62,764 nucleotides of DNA from a virus (Duplodnaviria > Caudoviricetes). A program made the translations under genes and the position numbers. The stretch lies in the IMG/VR virus record IMGVR_UViG_3300003868_000001, positions 1 through 62,764 of that record; one strand, given 5' to 3'. The notes beneath the pieces were generated by a model. The model saw only the letters and a list, made by a program, of their open reading frames with translations. It was not told the origin of the DNA and ran no database searches. Below are positions 1-9,441 of the stretch, in pieces. Within the stretch, counting starts at the first letter, position 1, and the number at the start of each line of letters is the position of its first letter.

Positions 1-91
1 GTCGTCGAGCATCGTGGTGACAACCACTTCGAGAACGCCACGGGCACGAATGATGACGACAGTGTCATCAGTGATGTTCGCAGCATCGACG
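1..91. repeat. Terminal overlap identical to 62674-62764 (circular assembly)
   Basis: First 91 nt match the last 91 nt exactly; a reading frame runs through the junction. Confidence 0.95.
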
Positions 92-513
92 AGCAGGTTG
101 AGGTTCAGTTCCAGATCACCAGCGGTGTTGTCCAGAACCAGATCGACGCCGTCGGCGACGGTCAGAACCGGAGACAGTTCAGCAGTTGCAGCACCGATCG
201 CTGTGCTGGAAATGAAATCCACATCGCCAGCAGTGATGGTTGCATCAGAAGCCGGAGTGGAGCCGACACCGAAGTCACCGTCCCACGTATCAGTCAGGTT
301 CGCAGAAGTCGGGCCGCGGAACTGAACCTTGATGGCGACAGCATGGATCTTCAGATAGGCTTCCGGAAGGCCACCAAGAACGACCGAACCGAACCCGATG
401 GCGGCACCAGTGGCCGTCACAGAGATATCATGATCGATTTCAAGGCTGATCTTCTTGACAGCTTGTTTCAGCGCATTGCTGCGACCGAGAGAGCGAGGAA
501 GTCCTTTGGTCAT
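1..513 (-). CDS. Virion structural protein (head decoration-like), spans the window junction
   Basis: ATG at 513 (or 516) after GAAAGGAAAC; open frame MTKGLPRSLGRS...TTMLDD ends at TAA 62673-62671; directly downstream of MCP; missed by the ORF track because it crosses the edge. Confidence 0.75.
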   Translation of the reverse strand, partial: MTKGLPRSLGRSNALKQAVKKISLEIDHDISVTATGAAIGFGSVVLGGLPEAYLKIHAVAIKVQFRGPTSANLTDTWDGDFGVGSTPASDATITAGDVDFISSTAIGAATAELSPVLTVADGVDLVLDNTAGDLELNLNLLVDAANITDDTVVIIRARGVLEVVVTTMLDD

Positions 514-546
514 CATGTTTCCTTTCGAAACAGAAGGGTTGGAAGA

Positions 547-564
547 AGGGGGCCGAAGCCCCCT
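547..564 (-). terminator. Rho-independent terminator after MCP
   Basis: AGGGGGC-TTCG-GCCCCCT followed by TCTTCC. Confidence 0.7.
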
Positions 565-569
565 ACTCC

Positions 570-1628
570 TTACGCTTCGCGAGTGACCAAGCGAGCGAAC
601 TTGATCTGCTTCCGCTCGGGGTAGCGGCGATCCCACGAGGCCGCTTCGTCCAGGTCGGAGTTCGCAGTGCCCGTGTTGGCGGGACCACCTTCGTCGGCGG
701 TGCCGATCCAGGCATGGCCCGTCGGGTGGATGGACCACTGAACGCGCGAGTACAGCACGTCCTGACCACCACCGTTGCCGCCGCCTGCCTTGCGCTCGAC
801 TTCGGTCGCCACGGGCGGAGTGCCCACGCCGAGCTGAGTCGCACCAGAGCCGAACAACCACGTATCGTAGACGGAGCCGGTACGGGGCAGGCCGTCGTCG
901 ACGATCACTTCGCGACCGAGGAAGGTCGGAATGTTGATTTCACCACGGGCGTCCGGGATGAAGTCGATCAGGTTGTTCTTCTGCATCCGGTTGTACACGA
1001 CCGAGTGAACGGCCACGGCGACCAGACCTTCCTGCGAGTCACCCATCGTTTGGGCGGCGTCCAGGAAAGCTTCAGCAGAGAAGTTCGTCACACCGTCAAT
1101 GAACGCACCGCCAGAGATGTTGTTCGCATAGTCACCAGCATCGTTGGCAGCGTTGTCAGCAATGACACCGTTCCAGGTCGAGATGAAAGCAGCCTGCAGA
1201 CGAAGAACCCAATAAGCAGCGACGCGGTCAGCAATCGCGTTCATGGGGTCAGAACCGGCCAGGATCGCTGCGAGGTCAGTAGTGGACCACGAGTTGTTGC
1301 GGTTCATGCGAACAGCAATTTCTTTCAGCGAGCCGATTTTCAGCGGGTTGGGCGGACGAGCCTGACCAGCCGGGATGGCCGCGTCAGCGGCAGAGAACGG
1401 CACCGAGGTGTCGGTCGAAACGCGCTCAGCATCGTTGTCCAGATCGCGCCACGACGGCACCTGGAAAGTCAGACCACCGCCGACAAGCAGGGTGTCCAGA
1501 GGCTGCGAGCGGACCAGAAGACCAGACTGAACGAGACGAGACTTTTCTTCAGTCAAGTTCTGCATGTAGGGAGTGAAGACTTCGGGGACGATCACGTCGC
1601 CAACCCGAGTCGCGGGACCTGCGGCCAT
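570..1628 (-). CDS. Major capsid protein
   Basis: TRVGDVIVPEVFTPY...VIVDDGLP coat-protein motifs; RBS AAAGGAAA before ATG 1628; follows scaffold. Confidence 0.9.
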   Translation of the reverse strand: MAAGPATRVGDVIVPEVFTPYMQNLTEEKSRLVQSGLLVRSQPLDTLLVGGGLTFQVPSWRDLDNDAERVSTDTSVPFSAADAAIPAGQARPPNPLKIGSLKEIAVRMNRNNSWSTTDLAAILAGSDPMNAIADRVAAYWVLRLQAAFISTWNGVIADNAANDAGDYANNISGGAFIDGVTNFSAEAFLDAAQTMGDSQEGLVAVAVHSVVYNRMQKNNLIDFIPDARGEINIPTFLGREVIVDDGLPRTGSVYDTWLFGSGATQLGVGTPPVATEVERKAGGGNGGGQDVLYSRVQWSIHPTGHAWIGTADEGGPANTGTANSDLDEAASWDRRYPERKQIKFARLVTREA

Positions 1629-1761
1629 TTGATTTCCTTTCATGGCACTGGGGGAGGCGAACCCACGTTCGCGGGATTTTGGCTGATGACCCACGCCATC
1701 AAGAACTGATGTAAGCTACTTCAAGCCGGGAGGATTTGCAACAGGCTTTTAGTAAAGAAAA

Positions 1762-1792
1762 CGGCCCGGGAGCAAGATACTCAACCGGGCCG
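1762..1792 (-). terminator. Terminator after scaffold gene
   Basis: CGGCCCGG/CCGGGCCG stem followed by TTTTCTTT on minus strand. Confidence 0.65.
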
Positions 1793-1802
1793 ATCTCATT
1801 CC

Positions 1803-2633
1803 TTACTTGGCAGTGACAGGAGCGCGGGTCGCACCGACCTTGGAGCCGACAGCGGCTGCTGCCTGTTGGGCTTTCGCCAGACCATGCTCCTGGACATACT
1901 TGCCCTGAGCAGTGAGGTTCCAGCCCTTGGCCGACCACGGGTTCTCGCCGTTGTCACCGCCGAAGCCACCGCCACCAGCACCACCACCTTGCGAAGCGGG
2001 CCACCAGTGAGGACGGATCTTCTGCATGTCTTTCAAAAAGCCCTTGACGTCAGTTCCAGGTGTCACACCCTTCGCGTCGGCCTTGACGATGAAAGTGCCA
2101 GTCGTTGCGTCGCGTTCCAGGTACATCGAAGCAACCATCTCCACATCGGGGATGGCCGTTCCCAGCACCTTCATTTCAGTCGCCACAGCACGAACCACGT
2201 CCGTCATGTCGCGACGTTCCATTCCACCGCGCAGAGTTCCGACTTCCTGTTGCAGAGTATCACGCTCTGCAATAACATCACGAAGTTGGCGTTCCAGCGG
2301 TGCAGTCTTCTGCCCAAGACGAGCATCGATGATCTTCTGCATCGCGGCTTCATCGAGTTTTCCGCCAGCGGCGGCTTCGAGTTCAGCGATGCGGTCCAAC
2401 TTCGATTGAACTTCATCAGGCTTCAGTGCGCCCCATGCCTTGAGCGAGAGTTTCGCGGCACCGTGATCTTCACGCTCTTTGCGCAGGGCTTCTTGGACGT
2501 TGGCGACGTCCTGTTGGGTTTTCATGCCGTTGATGTGCGTGAGAACCGCTTTGCCGTCTTTCTCCGTGTAGAGGCCACGGAATGCTTCGGGCACTGCATC
2601 GAGTTTTTCGTAAACAAGTTCGAGCGGATCCAT
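1803..2633 (-). CDS. Capsid scaffolding protein
   Basis: Coiled-coil with Gly-rich linker and C-terminal NPW...WNLTAQ motif; between portal and MCP; RBS AGGAG before 2633. Confidence 0.8.
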   Translation of the reverse strand: MDPLELVYEKLDAVPEAFRGLYTEKDGKAVLTHINGMKTQQDVANVQEALRKEREDHGAAKLSLKAWGALKPDEVQSKLDRIAELEAAAGGKLDEAAMQKIIDARLGQKTAPLERQLRDVIAERDTLQQEVGTLRGGMERRDMTDVVRAVATEMKVLGTAIPDVEMVASMYLERDATTGTFIVKADAKGVTPGTDVKGFLKDMQKIRPHWWPASQGGGAGGGGFGGDNGENPWSAKGWNLTAQGKYVQEHGLAKAQQAAAAVGSKVGATRAPVTAK

Positions 2634-2786
2634 ATCCGTTCTCCTATATGAGCCGAGATCACCTCGGCTGGTTATGTTACCCGAGCAGAAGGCCCAGAGC
2701 GAAGGAACCTGCAATGAGCGCGCAGGTATAGATGGGATGAATTTGGAAACTCATCATCACCCATTCTTTGAAACCATTCCAGAAGG

Positions 2787-4322
2787 TCATTTCGGAGTTC
2801 TCCCTGATGGGTTCGTGGTTTGACCGTTGGTTTTGTCACCACCCTTATCGTCGCCGTTCGGGTTGTTCGGGTCGTTTGGTTGAATGGCCGTGTTGGAGCC
2901 AGTCTCTGGCTTCCCGAACACGAACCCTTCTTTGTCTTCCTTCTCGGCCTCGGCCTGCTCTTCCTCGAAGGTTTTGGTGGTCATGCGGCGCTTCCGCGAC
3001 AGATCGTGCATGGACTTGGCGCTGATCGGCCAGCCAAGGTTCCGTGCGGTGGCGATTTCCACCATGGTCTGTCCGGTGAGCGGCATTTCACCGAATTCTT
3101 TGTTCGCTTGGACCTTGACCTCGTCAGGGTTCTCACCCATCCACTTGGCACAGATCTTCAGGATTTGCTCGAGGCCAGTCGCTCCAGTTTCAGCGATCTG
3201 GTTCATGTCTGCGGTGCGAGCAGCAACTCGGATGCGCAGGCTGTCACCGCTTTCACGAGAACGTGAAGTGCTGTCCAGCGTTTGGGCTCCCATCGAACTC
3301 GCGCGAGTCTCAAGGTTGATCAGCGCGTCTTTCTGCTCGCTGAGACCGTTGCTGTTCACGCCGACGTACTTGGCGTCACCTCCCATTGGGAGATCAAGGC
3401 GAGAACCAGCACCGACACGCACTTCATCGGTTTCATCGAAGTTGCCGCCGATAGTGACGAAGGTGTCTTGACCCTGCATGAACAGGTTCTGGCGATAGTC
3501 TGCTTCGGCGCGGTAGATCGCCATGCAGATGTTTCCGAGGTCGAGCAGCGGCGGGTCATCAACATCAGCAGTCACGTCGCAGGAGTTGATGAACACGAAC
3601 GGAATTTCTTCCAGCAGAGTTCCACGCCATGAAGGAGCAGTGAGACCTTCCTCGTTGTAGAGGTCCTCTACGAACACACCCTGACGATAGGTGCCTCTGG
3701 GTTCGTTGGCACGTTCACTGCCCAAGAGGAGGACGCGATACTTGTCCTTCCCTTCCCACTTGAAGCCTTCGACACGAACCTGTTCAGTTTCATCGAGGAC
3801 GACAAGGTTCAGCTTCTGCGGCACAAGCTGCTCAACGGAACCATCGTCCCAGTTGATGCAGCGCTCGGCCGTGTACGTCGCGAGGTAAGGCAGGTCTTCA
3901 CCGGGAGCAGGATTGGTCGGCAAGTCAGCCATCAGACCGATGCGTCCAGTCAGCAACTGCTCAGTATTGATGCGACGAAGAAGAACCGGCAGGCTCTCAC
4001 CTTGGCGCGACTTGATGTTCTCCATGGCTTTCGGCAGCTTGATCTCAGGAGGCTGAGAGTGCATCATGCCGATTGCCATTTGCACAGCTTCACGAGCGAA
4101 GTTCGGGAACCGCGCTCTCTGCTTGTACGACTGATAGGCTTTGAAACCGTTCGATTGAGCGTTGTTGACTGCGCCGTCACGAATGTGCGCCGTGGTCATC
4201 GGAAGATACAGAGCGCCCTTGTTCTTGACCGTGCGCTCGCCTTTGTAGGCGTCCCGCATGAGGGTCCAGTCAGCGGTTGCTGCAAGGTACTCTGGATGCT
4301 GTGATGCGAGGGTGCTGGTCAT
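2787..4322 (-). CDS. Portal protein (DUF4055-like)
   Basis: HPEY...W..MRDAYKGE...YLP...RARFPN motifs; follows TerL. Confidence 0.85.
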   Translation of the reverse strand: MTSTLASQHPEYLAATADWTLMRDAYKGERTVKNKGALYLPMTTAHIRDGAVNNAQSNGFKAYQSYKQRARFPNFAREAVQMAIGMMHSQPPEIKLPKAMENIKSRQGESLPVLLRRINTEQLLTGRIGLMADLPTNPAPGEDLPYLATYTAERCINWDDGSVEQLVPQKLNLVVLDETEQVRVEGFKWEGKDKYRVLLLGSERANEPRGTYRQGVFVEDLYNEEGLTAPSWRGTLLEEIPFVFINSCDVTADVDDPPLLDLGNICMAIYRAEADYRQNLFMQGQDTFVTIGGNFDETDEVRVGAGSRLDLPMGGDAKYVGVNSNGLSEQKDALINLETRASSMGAQTLDSTSRSRESGDSLRIRVAARTADMNQIAETGATGLEQILKICAKWMGENPDEVKVQANKEFGEMPLTGQTMVEIATARNLGWPISAKSMHDLSRKRRMTTKTFEEEQAEAEKEDKEGFVFGKPETGSNTAIQPNDPNNPNGDDKGGDKTNGQTTNPSGRTPK

Positions 4323-4369
4323 GCTTGTCAACCTACTCTGAAGACATCGCCCTTGGCAAGTCTTATTTG

Positions 4370-5881
4370 TCAATGATATCCAACGGTGGTCCCAGAAGAA
4401 CCGGGAGTTGCCACCCATCGGATGAGATAGCGGGTCTCGTCTGCAACGTGATCTTCAGCATCAGTATTGATGTCGTCCATGTTGTCCTCATCACGAGGAA
4501 GCACAGGGATGGTCTCGATGAAAGACGAGCAGTGGTCGAATACGAATAGGCCGGGTTTCTCACGAGGATAGAGTCGAAGTTCGTCTTTCACGAGTTTCAC
4601 GTTCGGATGAGCGTTTTTCAGTCTCTGACGCATTTGGGTCCAGCCTGTGGACCGGCTTCCCGGTCTTTTGTCGGCCGGGTTCCAGTTGATACCGGGATAA
4701 CGGAAACCATCGTCCATTCGGACCTTGACTTTCATGTCCGTGGCGATACAGTTGCCATTTTCGGCCGCAAAGATCTGAGAGTCGGCCACACCGGCTTTCA
4801 CACGGCACCAATTCTCTCCAGGACGTCTCCAACCCCATTCCAGTTCTCGTTTGACGATACCTTCACTGATTTCGGAAGCGAGCATGTCCAGCCCTTCGTT
4901 GGGCTTGCCTGTGCTGCCATACCACTCTCGAACGCGAATTACGTCGCCTTTCACGGTGGATTTCCACTTTCCATCAGGCATTTGGACGTCTGAACCGTCG
5001 GAAATGGCCCACCACCCAACAGAGAAGGGTTTCGAGGCTCCCCAGTCAAATGACCTGACAATCTTCCAATTGTCAGGTATCTCAAAAGGTACGAGAATGT
5101 TGTGTTTCGGCTCCCAGACGTCGTCGAACATGCCGCCAGCGACAATGTCCCAAGAACCGTCCAACCAAGCGCGTTTTTCGGCCTCATTTCGTGCAGAAGC
5201 CGCAATTTTCTGCTTGTAGTCGGGGTCTGCTTCCAAAAGCGCGATATTTTCGTCAATATGGCTGTGGATTGACAGACGGGTCGGTGCTTGGTTGCCATCG
5301 TCGTCCAGAATGTCGCGACGGACGATCATATTCATGCTGTTGGGCTTGAAACGGTGCTTCACCCAGTTGTGTCCAGGCCCATAAGGGTTCGTTGTCGCGC
5401 GAACCATACGCGGCATTCCCTTTTTCGAGCTCCGGCAGGTCGAGAACATTCGTTTGTAGCCGCTGTCACTGTGCCAGTTGCAGAGTTCTTCCCAGCCGAT
5501 CCACGGATATTCGTGTCCGTGATAGTTGTCATAGTCGTGGTCTTTGGCGAACTGACGAAGAAGAAGCTGCTCGCCAGTCGCGAACGTCCAAGTGTGTTCG
5601 GAATGGTTGAACTTCGCGTCCGGCCAGATTTGCGGGATCCACTTTTTCGTCTTCGAGATAACGTCCGTCAACTGCTTGTAGGTCTGCCGAAACAGAATGC
5701 CTTTCCAAGCTGCCCCATAGCCCTTGCCGACGTGCATACAAAAGGACATGAGGAGAGAGTCGGTCTTACCACCGCCGCGAGTGCCCTCGAACAGGACTTC
5801 GAAGATAGGCGTGGCACTCAAGAAAGCTTCTTGAGAGCCGGGCATAGGTTTCCAAATGACGTTATCAGGATACTGGGTCAT
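4370..5881 (-). CDS. terL: Terminase large subunit
   Basis: GTRGGGKT Walker A, IGWEEL Walker B, ATTNP, DWG and EDHVADETRY nuclease motifs. Confidence 0.95.
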   Translation of the reverse strand: MTQYPDNVIWKPMPGSQEAFLSATPIFEVLFEGTRGGGKTDSLLMSFCMHVGKGYGAAWKGILFRQTYKQLTDVISKTKKWIPQIWPDAKFNHSEHTWTFATGEQLLLRQFAKDHDYDNYHGHEYPWIGWEELCNWHSDSGYKRMFSTCRSSKKGMPRMVRATTNPYGPGHNWVKHRFKPNSMNMIVRRDILDDDGNQAPTRLSIHSHIDENIALLEADPDYKQKIAASARNEAEKRAWLDGSWDIVAGGMFDDVWEPKHNILVPFEIPDNWKIVRSFDWGASKPFSVGWWAISDGSDVQMPDGKWKSTVKGDVIRVREWYGSTGKPNEGLDMLASEISEGIVKRELEWGWRRPGENWCRVKAGVADSQIFAAENGNCIATDMKVKVRMDDGFRYPGINWNPADKRPGSRSTGWTQMRQRLKNAHPNVKLVKDELRLYPREKPGLFVFDHCSSFIETIPVLPRDEDNMDDINTDAEDHVADETRYLIRWVATPGSSGTTVGYH

Positions 5882-6237
5882 GACATTTCTCTCAGAACGA
5901 ACCAGCCATCAAAATCTGTAACTCCACCACGACTTGGATGAGGATCGTGAAACAGTTCATTCTTCTCACGATCCCATACAACCAAATGACGAATTCCTCG
6001 AGGAGAGATGCCTGATCGCCCAACGAAACGGGGCCAGTGATCTTTCTCACTAGGAAAGTAATCGAAAATGAAACCTTTGTTTTCAAGATCCTGAAAGAAA
6101 TCCATATTCCAGTTTTTGTCTTCTCCGATTGGATGGGGAAGACCTAAATCTCTCTGAGCCAACGTATAGACGACTGCGCGAGTGCAATCACCATTGGTTG
6201 TTTCTGTATGAAGAATCTGCTGATCGAATGTAATCAT
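5878..6237 (-). CDS. Hypothetical protein, possible Cys-His-Asp (C39-like) fold
   Basis: GDC..., RHLVVW, HDPHP motifs; ATGA-coupled to terL. Confidence 0.5.
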   Translation of the reverse strand: MITFDQQILHTETTNGDCTRAVVYTLAQRDLGLPHPIGEDKNWNMDFFQDLENKGFIFDYFPSEKDHWPRFVGRSGISPRGIRHLVVWDREKNELFHDPHPSRGGVTDFDGWFVLREMS

Positions 6238-6536
6238 GACATTTGCATCATGGCTTGGAGGGCGCTGGTTTCGAAGGTGGTCAGCCGCACGCCTTCGGTG
6301 GTTTTGAACTCGCTGATACGAACGCCGCGCAGGCGTTCCAGCCAGTCTCCTTCGGTGACGCGGTAGATAAACCGTCGTCCGTCCGTGAAAGCACCTTTCT
6401 GCGTGCCAAGCTGGACCCAGTGAATGTCAGCCTCATTCGACTTCAGCCAATAGCTGAGGTTACAAGGCGCGATCAAGATGAGAATGTGTGCCATGCCCTC
6501 AAGGTAGCTGGCTGACGTCACACAAGCAAGCCTCAA
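6234..6536 (-). CDS. Hypothetical protein
   Basis: Coupled ORF; start uncertain. Confidence 0.5.
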   Translation of the reverse strand: MRLACVTSASYLEGMAHILILIAPCNLSYWLKSNEADIHWVQLGTQKGAFTDGRRFIYRVTEGDWLERLRGVRISEFKTTEGVRLTTFETSALQAMMQMS

Positions 6537-6577
6537 ATTCCGGCGACCTGGAATGAATTGCCATAAAGTCCCATTCT

Positions 6578-6880
6578 TTACAGAAGTGAACCTTGCTCAT
6601 CCCCTGCTTCTTGTATTGAATTGCCAGCAGTTCGTCGTGACATAAGTTTTCTGACGAGGTCTTTTGAGGAGAGAGGGACCGCGCCATTTCTAATGGCTTG
6701 GTCCCTCTTCCCTTTGGAGATGTCGAAGTGCTCATGCCAGTGATCCTTGTGTTGTATCCACTTGTGCTGAACACCGATGAGGGTCATCATGGCGAGAAGT
6801 TCCTCGCGCGTGTCAGCGATGCAGTGGCACATTAGCATTCGCCCAAAGGGATGAACAGGGTCATCAACGTAGACGGTCAT
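6578..6880 (-). CDS. DUF4031 family protein
   Basis: MTVYVDD...MCH..AD..EEL...HFDI...R..AI..GA signature. Confidence 0.8.
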   Translation of the reverse strand: MTVYVDDPVHPFGRMLMCHCIADTREELLAMMTLIGVQHKWIQHKDHWHEHFDISKGKRDQAIRNGAVPLSSKDLVRKLMSRRTAGNSIQEAGDEQGSLL

Positions 6881-7164
6881 TTCGTCACCAGAATTTCGAT
6901 CTTCGCTTTGAAAAGCGTCATTTCGTTGAACCTGTCACCGGCTTTTTGGCTGGTGAATGGGATTCTTTTCTCGAGAGCGAGTTTCGTGAGCGGGTCGTCC
7001 ATTCGCTCGTAGATTTTCCTCTGCACATAGCCCAATGGCATGTCAGACAGATACCTCGTCGGGATTTCTCCCTGCGCTTCCACGTTTAGCAGGCGTTTTC
7101 TTTTCCTGAGTTCCTTGATCAGGTCCTCATCGCTGATTTCCATGAAGCGATAGTCGTCTATCAT
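6877..7164 (-). CDS. Hypothetical protein
   Basis: ATGA-coupled ORF. Confidence 0.6.
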   Translation of the reverse strand: MIDDYRFMEISDEDLIKELRKRKRLLNVEAQGEIPTRYLSDMPLGYVQRKIYERMDDPLTKLALEKRIPFTSQKAGDRFNEMTLFKAKIEILVTK

Positions 7165-7691
7165 CTTGGCTTCTTTCTGTTATTGGATTCAATGAACTTG
7201 TGCCACGGTTTCTGCACCTTCGGAGCGCCTTCCGTCGGACGCGGTTCTGCTGGTGGCTCTTTATAGAACATCAGCTCGCGGCGTTCCAGCTTTATGGAAG
7301 GCCACATGTGAACTTCATCAATGATCATCATGTGAGGTCTCGCGCCGTACATATGGCGATACGCTTCTTCCTTACTGAGAATTCGTTTCTCAATTCCTGA
7401 ATAGTCAACTTCTACCATCGGAGACGGACGACGCATTCGCTCAATCGCCTGCAATTGAGCCATGATCTGCCCAAGGGTTGCTCCATATCGTGGTTGGTCC
7501 CAAACAGAGCGGGCGCGCGGCAGACGAGACAAACGTTCTTTGAGGCGAATTTGGTCTATGTCTGGGATGGACACATTCTCGATAGAAGCACAGATCGGCT
7601 TCCCGTGCTTCTTACATACGCAGCCGCCTGTCTTGGTGTGAACGTGGTCACAGTACCAGAGGCGCTTGAGGTTGGGAAGGTCGCGGTTCAT
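7161..7691 (-). CDS. Hypothetical protein (Cys/His-rich N-terminus, PolA-like peptide)
   Basis: Start placed downstream of promoter at 7715-7743. Confidence 0.6.
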   Translation of the reverse strand: MNRDLPNLKRLWYCDHVHTKTGGCVCKKHGKPICASIENVSIPDIDQIRLKERLSRLPRARSVWDQPRYGATLGQIMAQLQAIERMRRPSPMVEVDYSGIEKRILSKEEAYRHMYGARPHMMIIDEVHMWPSIKLERRELMFYKEPPAEPRPTEGAPKVQKPWHKFIESNNRKKPR

Positions 7692-7714
7692 GTTCGCCTG
7701 CTTGGTATATGGCA

Positions 7715-7743
7715 AGGGTAAGGCGTGATTGGGTAAAAGACAA
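7715..7743 (-). promoter_or_regulatory. sigma70-like promoter
   Basis: TTGTCT-N17-TACCCT. Confidence 0.6.
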
Positions 7744-8050
7744 GTGCAAAATGTCCAGGGTTTGTCTTCTATTTTTGGATTGGTGATTATAGTGTCAGGT
7801 TGTGTGCGGGGGAGGAGTTAAGGAGCGCGGGCCGTGGGGGTGGAGGCCAGGAACGCGTCCTTGGGGCGGGGTGGCCTGCCCCTAGGGGGCAAGCGCAAGC
7901 AACAGACCGACCAGCGTGGGGTGTAACATATAAGCAACAGTTGCAACTGCTGCAATGGGGAAAAGGACTTGGGCCATATCTGGGTCTCCAGGGGTGCAGG
8001 GTTAAGGGGGTGGCCCCTGCCCCGTGTAGGGCAGGGGCAGGGGGTAGGCG

Positions 8051-8509
8051 CTACGCCTTGGCAGGCGTTGCCACAGGGGCAGGGGTGGCAGGGGCAGGGG
8101 CAGGCGTTGCCTTGGGCGCGGTGGCCTTGGCCTTGGGCGCGGTGGCCTTTGCCGCCACAGGGGCAAGCCAGCCCTGCTTGGCGTGGGTGAACCAGTTGGC
8201 GTGGCTGTGGGCGTTGCCATTGGGCTTGGCAACAGTGCCCCACCCCGCCGACGGCTGCTTGTAGGTGCTGCCAGCCTGTGCCCCTGCCAGCGCGGCGGCA
8301 TATTCCGCGGCGGTAAAGCCATTGGGCTTGGCCTTTGCCAGCGCCTTTGCCACGTTGTAGCAATAGGCGCGGATGCTGTTGCCGCCTTGCGCCTTGGCAG
8401 GCCACGGCCCCATGGAAAACAGGGGGGCCATGGGTGCCGGGGTGGCCTTGGGCGCGGTGGCCTTGGCGGTGGAGACGGCGGTGGTGGACTTTGCGTTGGA
8501 AGCGGACAT
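8051..8509 (-). CDS. Ala/Lys/Pro-rich basic protein in TC/GA-free island
   Basis: AAGG RBS; KATAPK repeats flanking a non-repetitive core; only one acidic residue. Confidence 0.65.
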   Translation of the reverse strand: MSASNAKSTTAVSTAKATAPKATPAPMAPLFSMGPWPAKAQGGNSIRAYCYNVAKALAKAKPNGFTAAEYAAALAGAQAGSTYKQPSAGWGTVAKPNGNAHSHANWFTHAKQGWLAPVAAKATAPKAKATAPKATPAPAPATPAPVATPAKA

Positions 8510-8665
8510 TTGAGTTTACCTTGTGTTACCGGGCTGCACCATTGCCGCCCCGGTAAGACCATGTATGGCCCCCAAATGTGGCAAGATTAAGGCGCATTGG
8601 TGCGATTTGATAAATAGTTTGTTGCTGAGTTGGAAACAGACTTGGACGGGGTTGGACCTGATGAT

Positions 8666-8755
8666 TGTGGCGGAATTAAGGCGGAACGGAGGCATTTTGA
8701 AGGCGAAGAAGATTGCGGCGGAATTGAGGCAGAAATGCGGCGGAATTGAGGCAGA
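8666..8755 (+). repeat. 20-bp direct repeats TGCGGCGGAATTGAGGCAGA
   Basis: Exact copies at 8714-8733 and 8736-8755; 17/20 copy at 8666-8685. Confidence 0.85.
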
Positions 8756-9007
8756 CCGAGCCGGAAGAAGAAGATGAGGAGGACCGACCTACCGAAGAAG
8801 ACCGAATCGTTAGGCGAGACTCGGTCAATAAGGAAATCGGTCAATATAGTCGTCCTCGCCGATGGAGGAAGAAGATTTGGAAGAAAAAGAAGAGCCATCG
8901 GTCCGAAGAAGATGAAGATGTAAGGCCTCGGTCGTCGGAGGAGTTTGAAGAACTGTCAATCAGCCCAAGGAGACGAGCGCCCCGAGGAGCGCCCGCCTTG
9001 GCTTCGG

Positions 9008-9214
9008 TCAGACGCCGGTGCGAGGATGCTGATTGCGGCTGAAGCTGGCACCGTAGGCGATCGCAGGCTTGCACACGTGGATCACGCCGCCGTCGCGCGA
9101 ATAAAGGCGTGTGAGCATGTCGACTTCGTCACGGAGCGCTGCCTTCGCCGAGGCCAGCTTGCCAGTGAACACCGAGCGACCGGCTGCGAGCGAGAGGGTG
9201 AGGGACTTCTGCAT
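9008..9214 (-). CDS. Small hypothetical protein
   Basis: AAAGG RBS before ATG 9214; own promoter at 9255-9283. Confidence 0.5.
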   Translation of the reverse strand: MQKSLTLSLAAGRSVFTGKLASAKAALRDEVDMLTRLYSRDGGVIHVCKPAIAYGASFSRNQHPRTGV

Positions 9215-9254
9215 GGATTGGCCTTTCTTACATTGGGCACCATTGCCCACCAAC

Positions 9255-9283
9255 ACACTACCACGGGGAAATTGCGAAAACAA
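9255..9283 (-). promoter_or_regulatory. sigma70-like promoter
   Basis: TTGTTT-N17-TAGTGT. Confidence 0.55.
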
Positions 9284-9441
9284 CCGTCAATTGTCGGCGT
9301 CTCCTTCTCTCTTTCCGCATCTTCTTCTTCCCATCCAGGTTTATCTGGACTTATCTCCATCCCCGCTATCCGAGGAAGATGAAGAAGACCTTGTTTTATA
9401 TGAGAGCATCCTCTTCAAGGCAATCGGATAGACCGACTCGG

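Noticed and set aside
7800-8590. Several overlapping ORFs across the TC/GA desert
   Set aside because: High GC and absence of TGA/TCA remove stop codons; only 8051-8509 has an RBS and a plausible core
8666-8755. Mini-CRISPR array
   Set aside because: Only 2 nt separate the two exact repeats; no regular spacers and no cas genes
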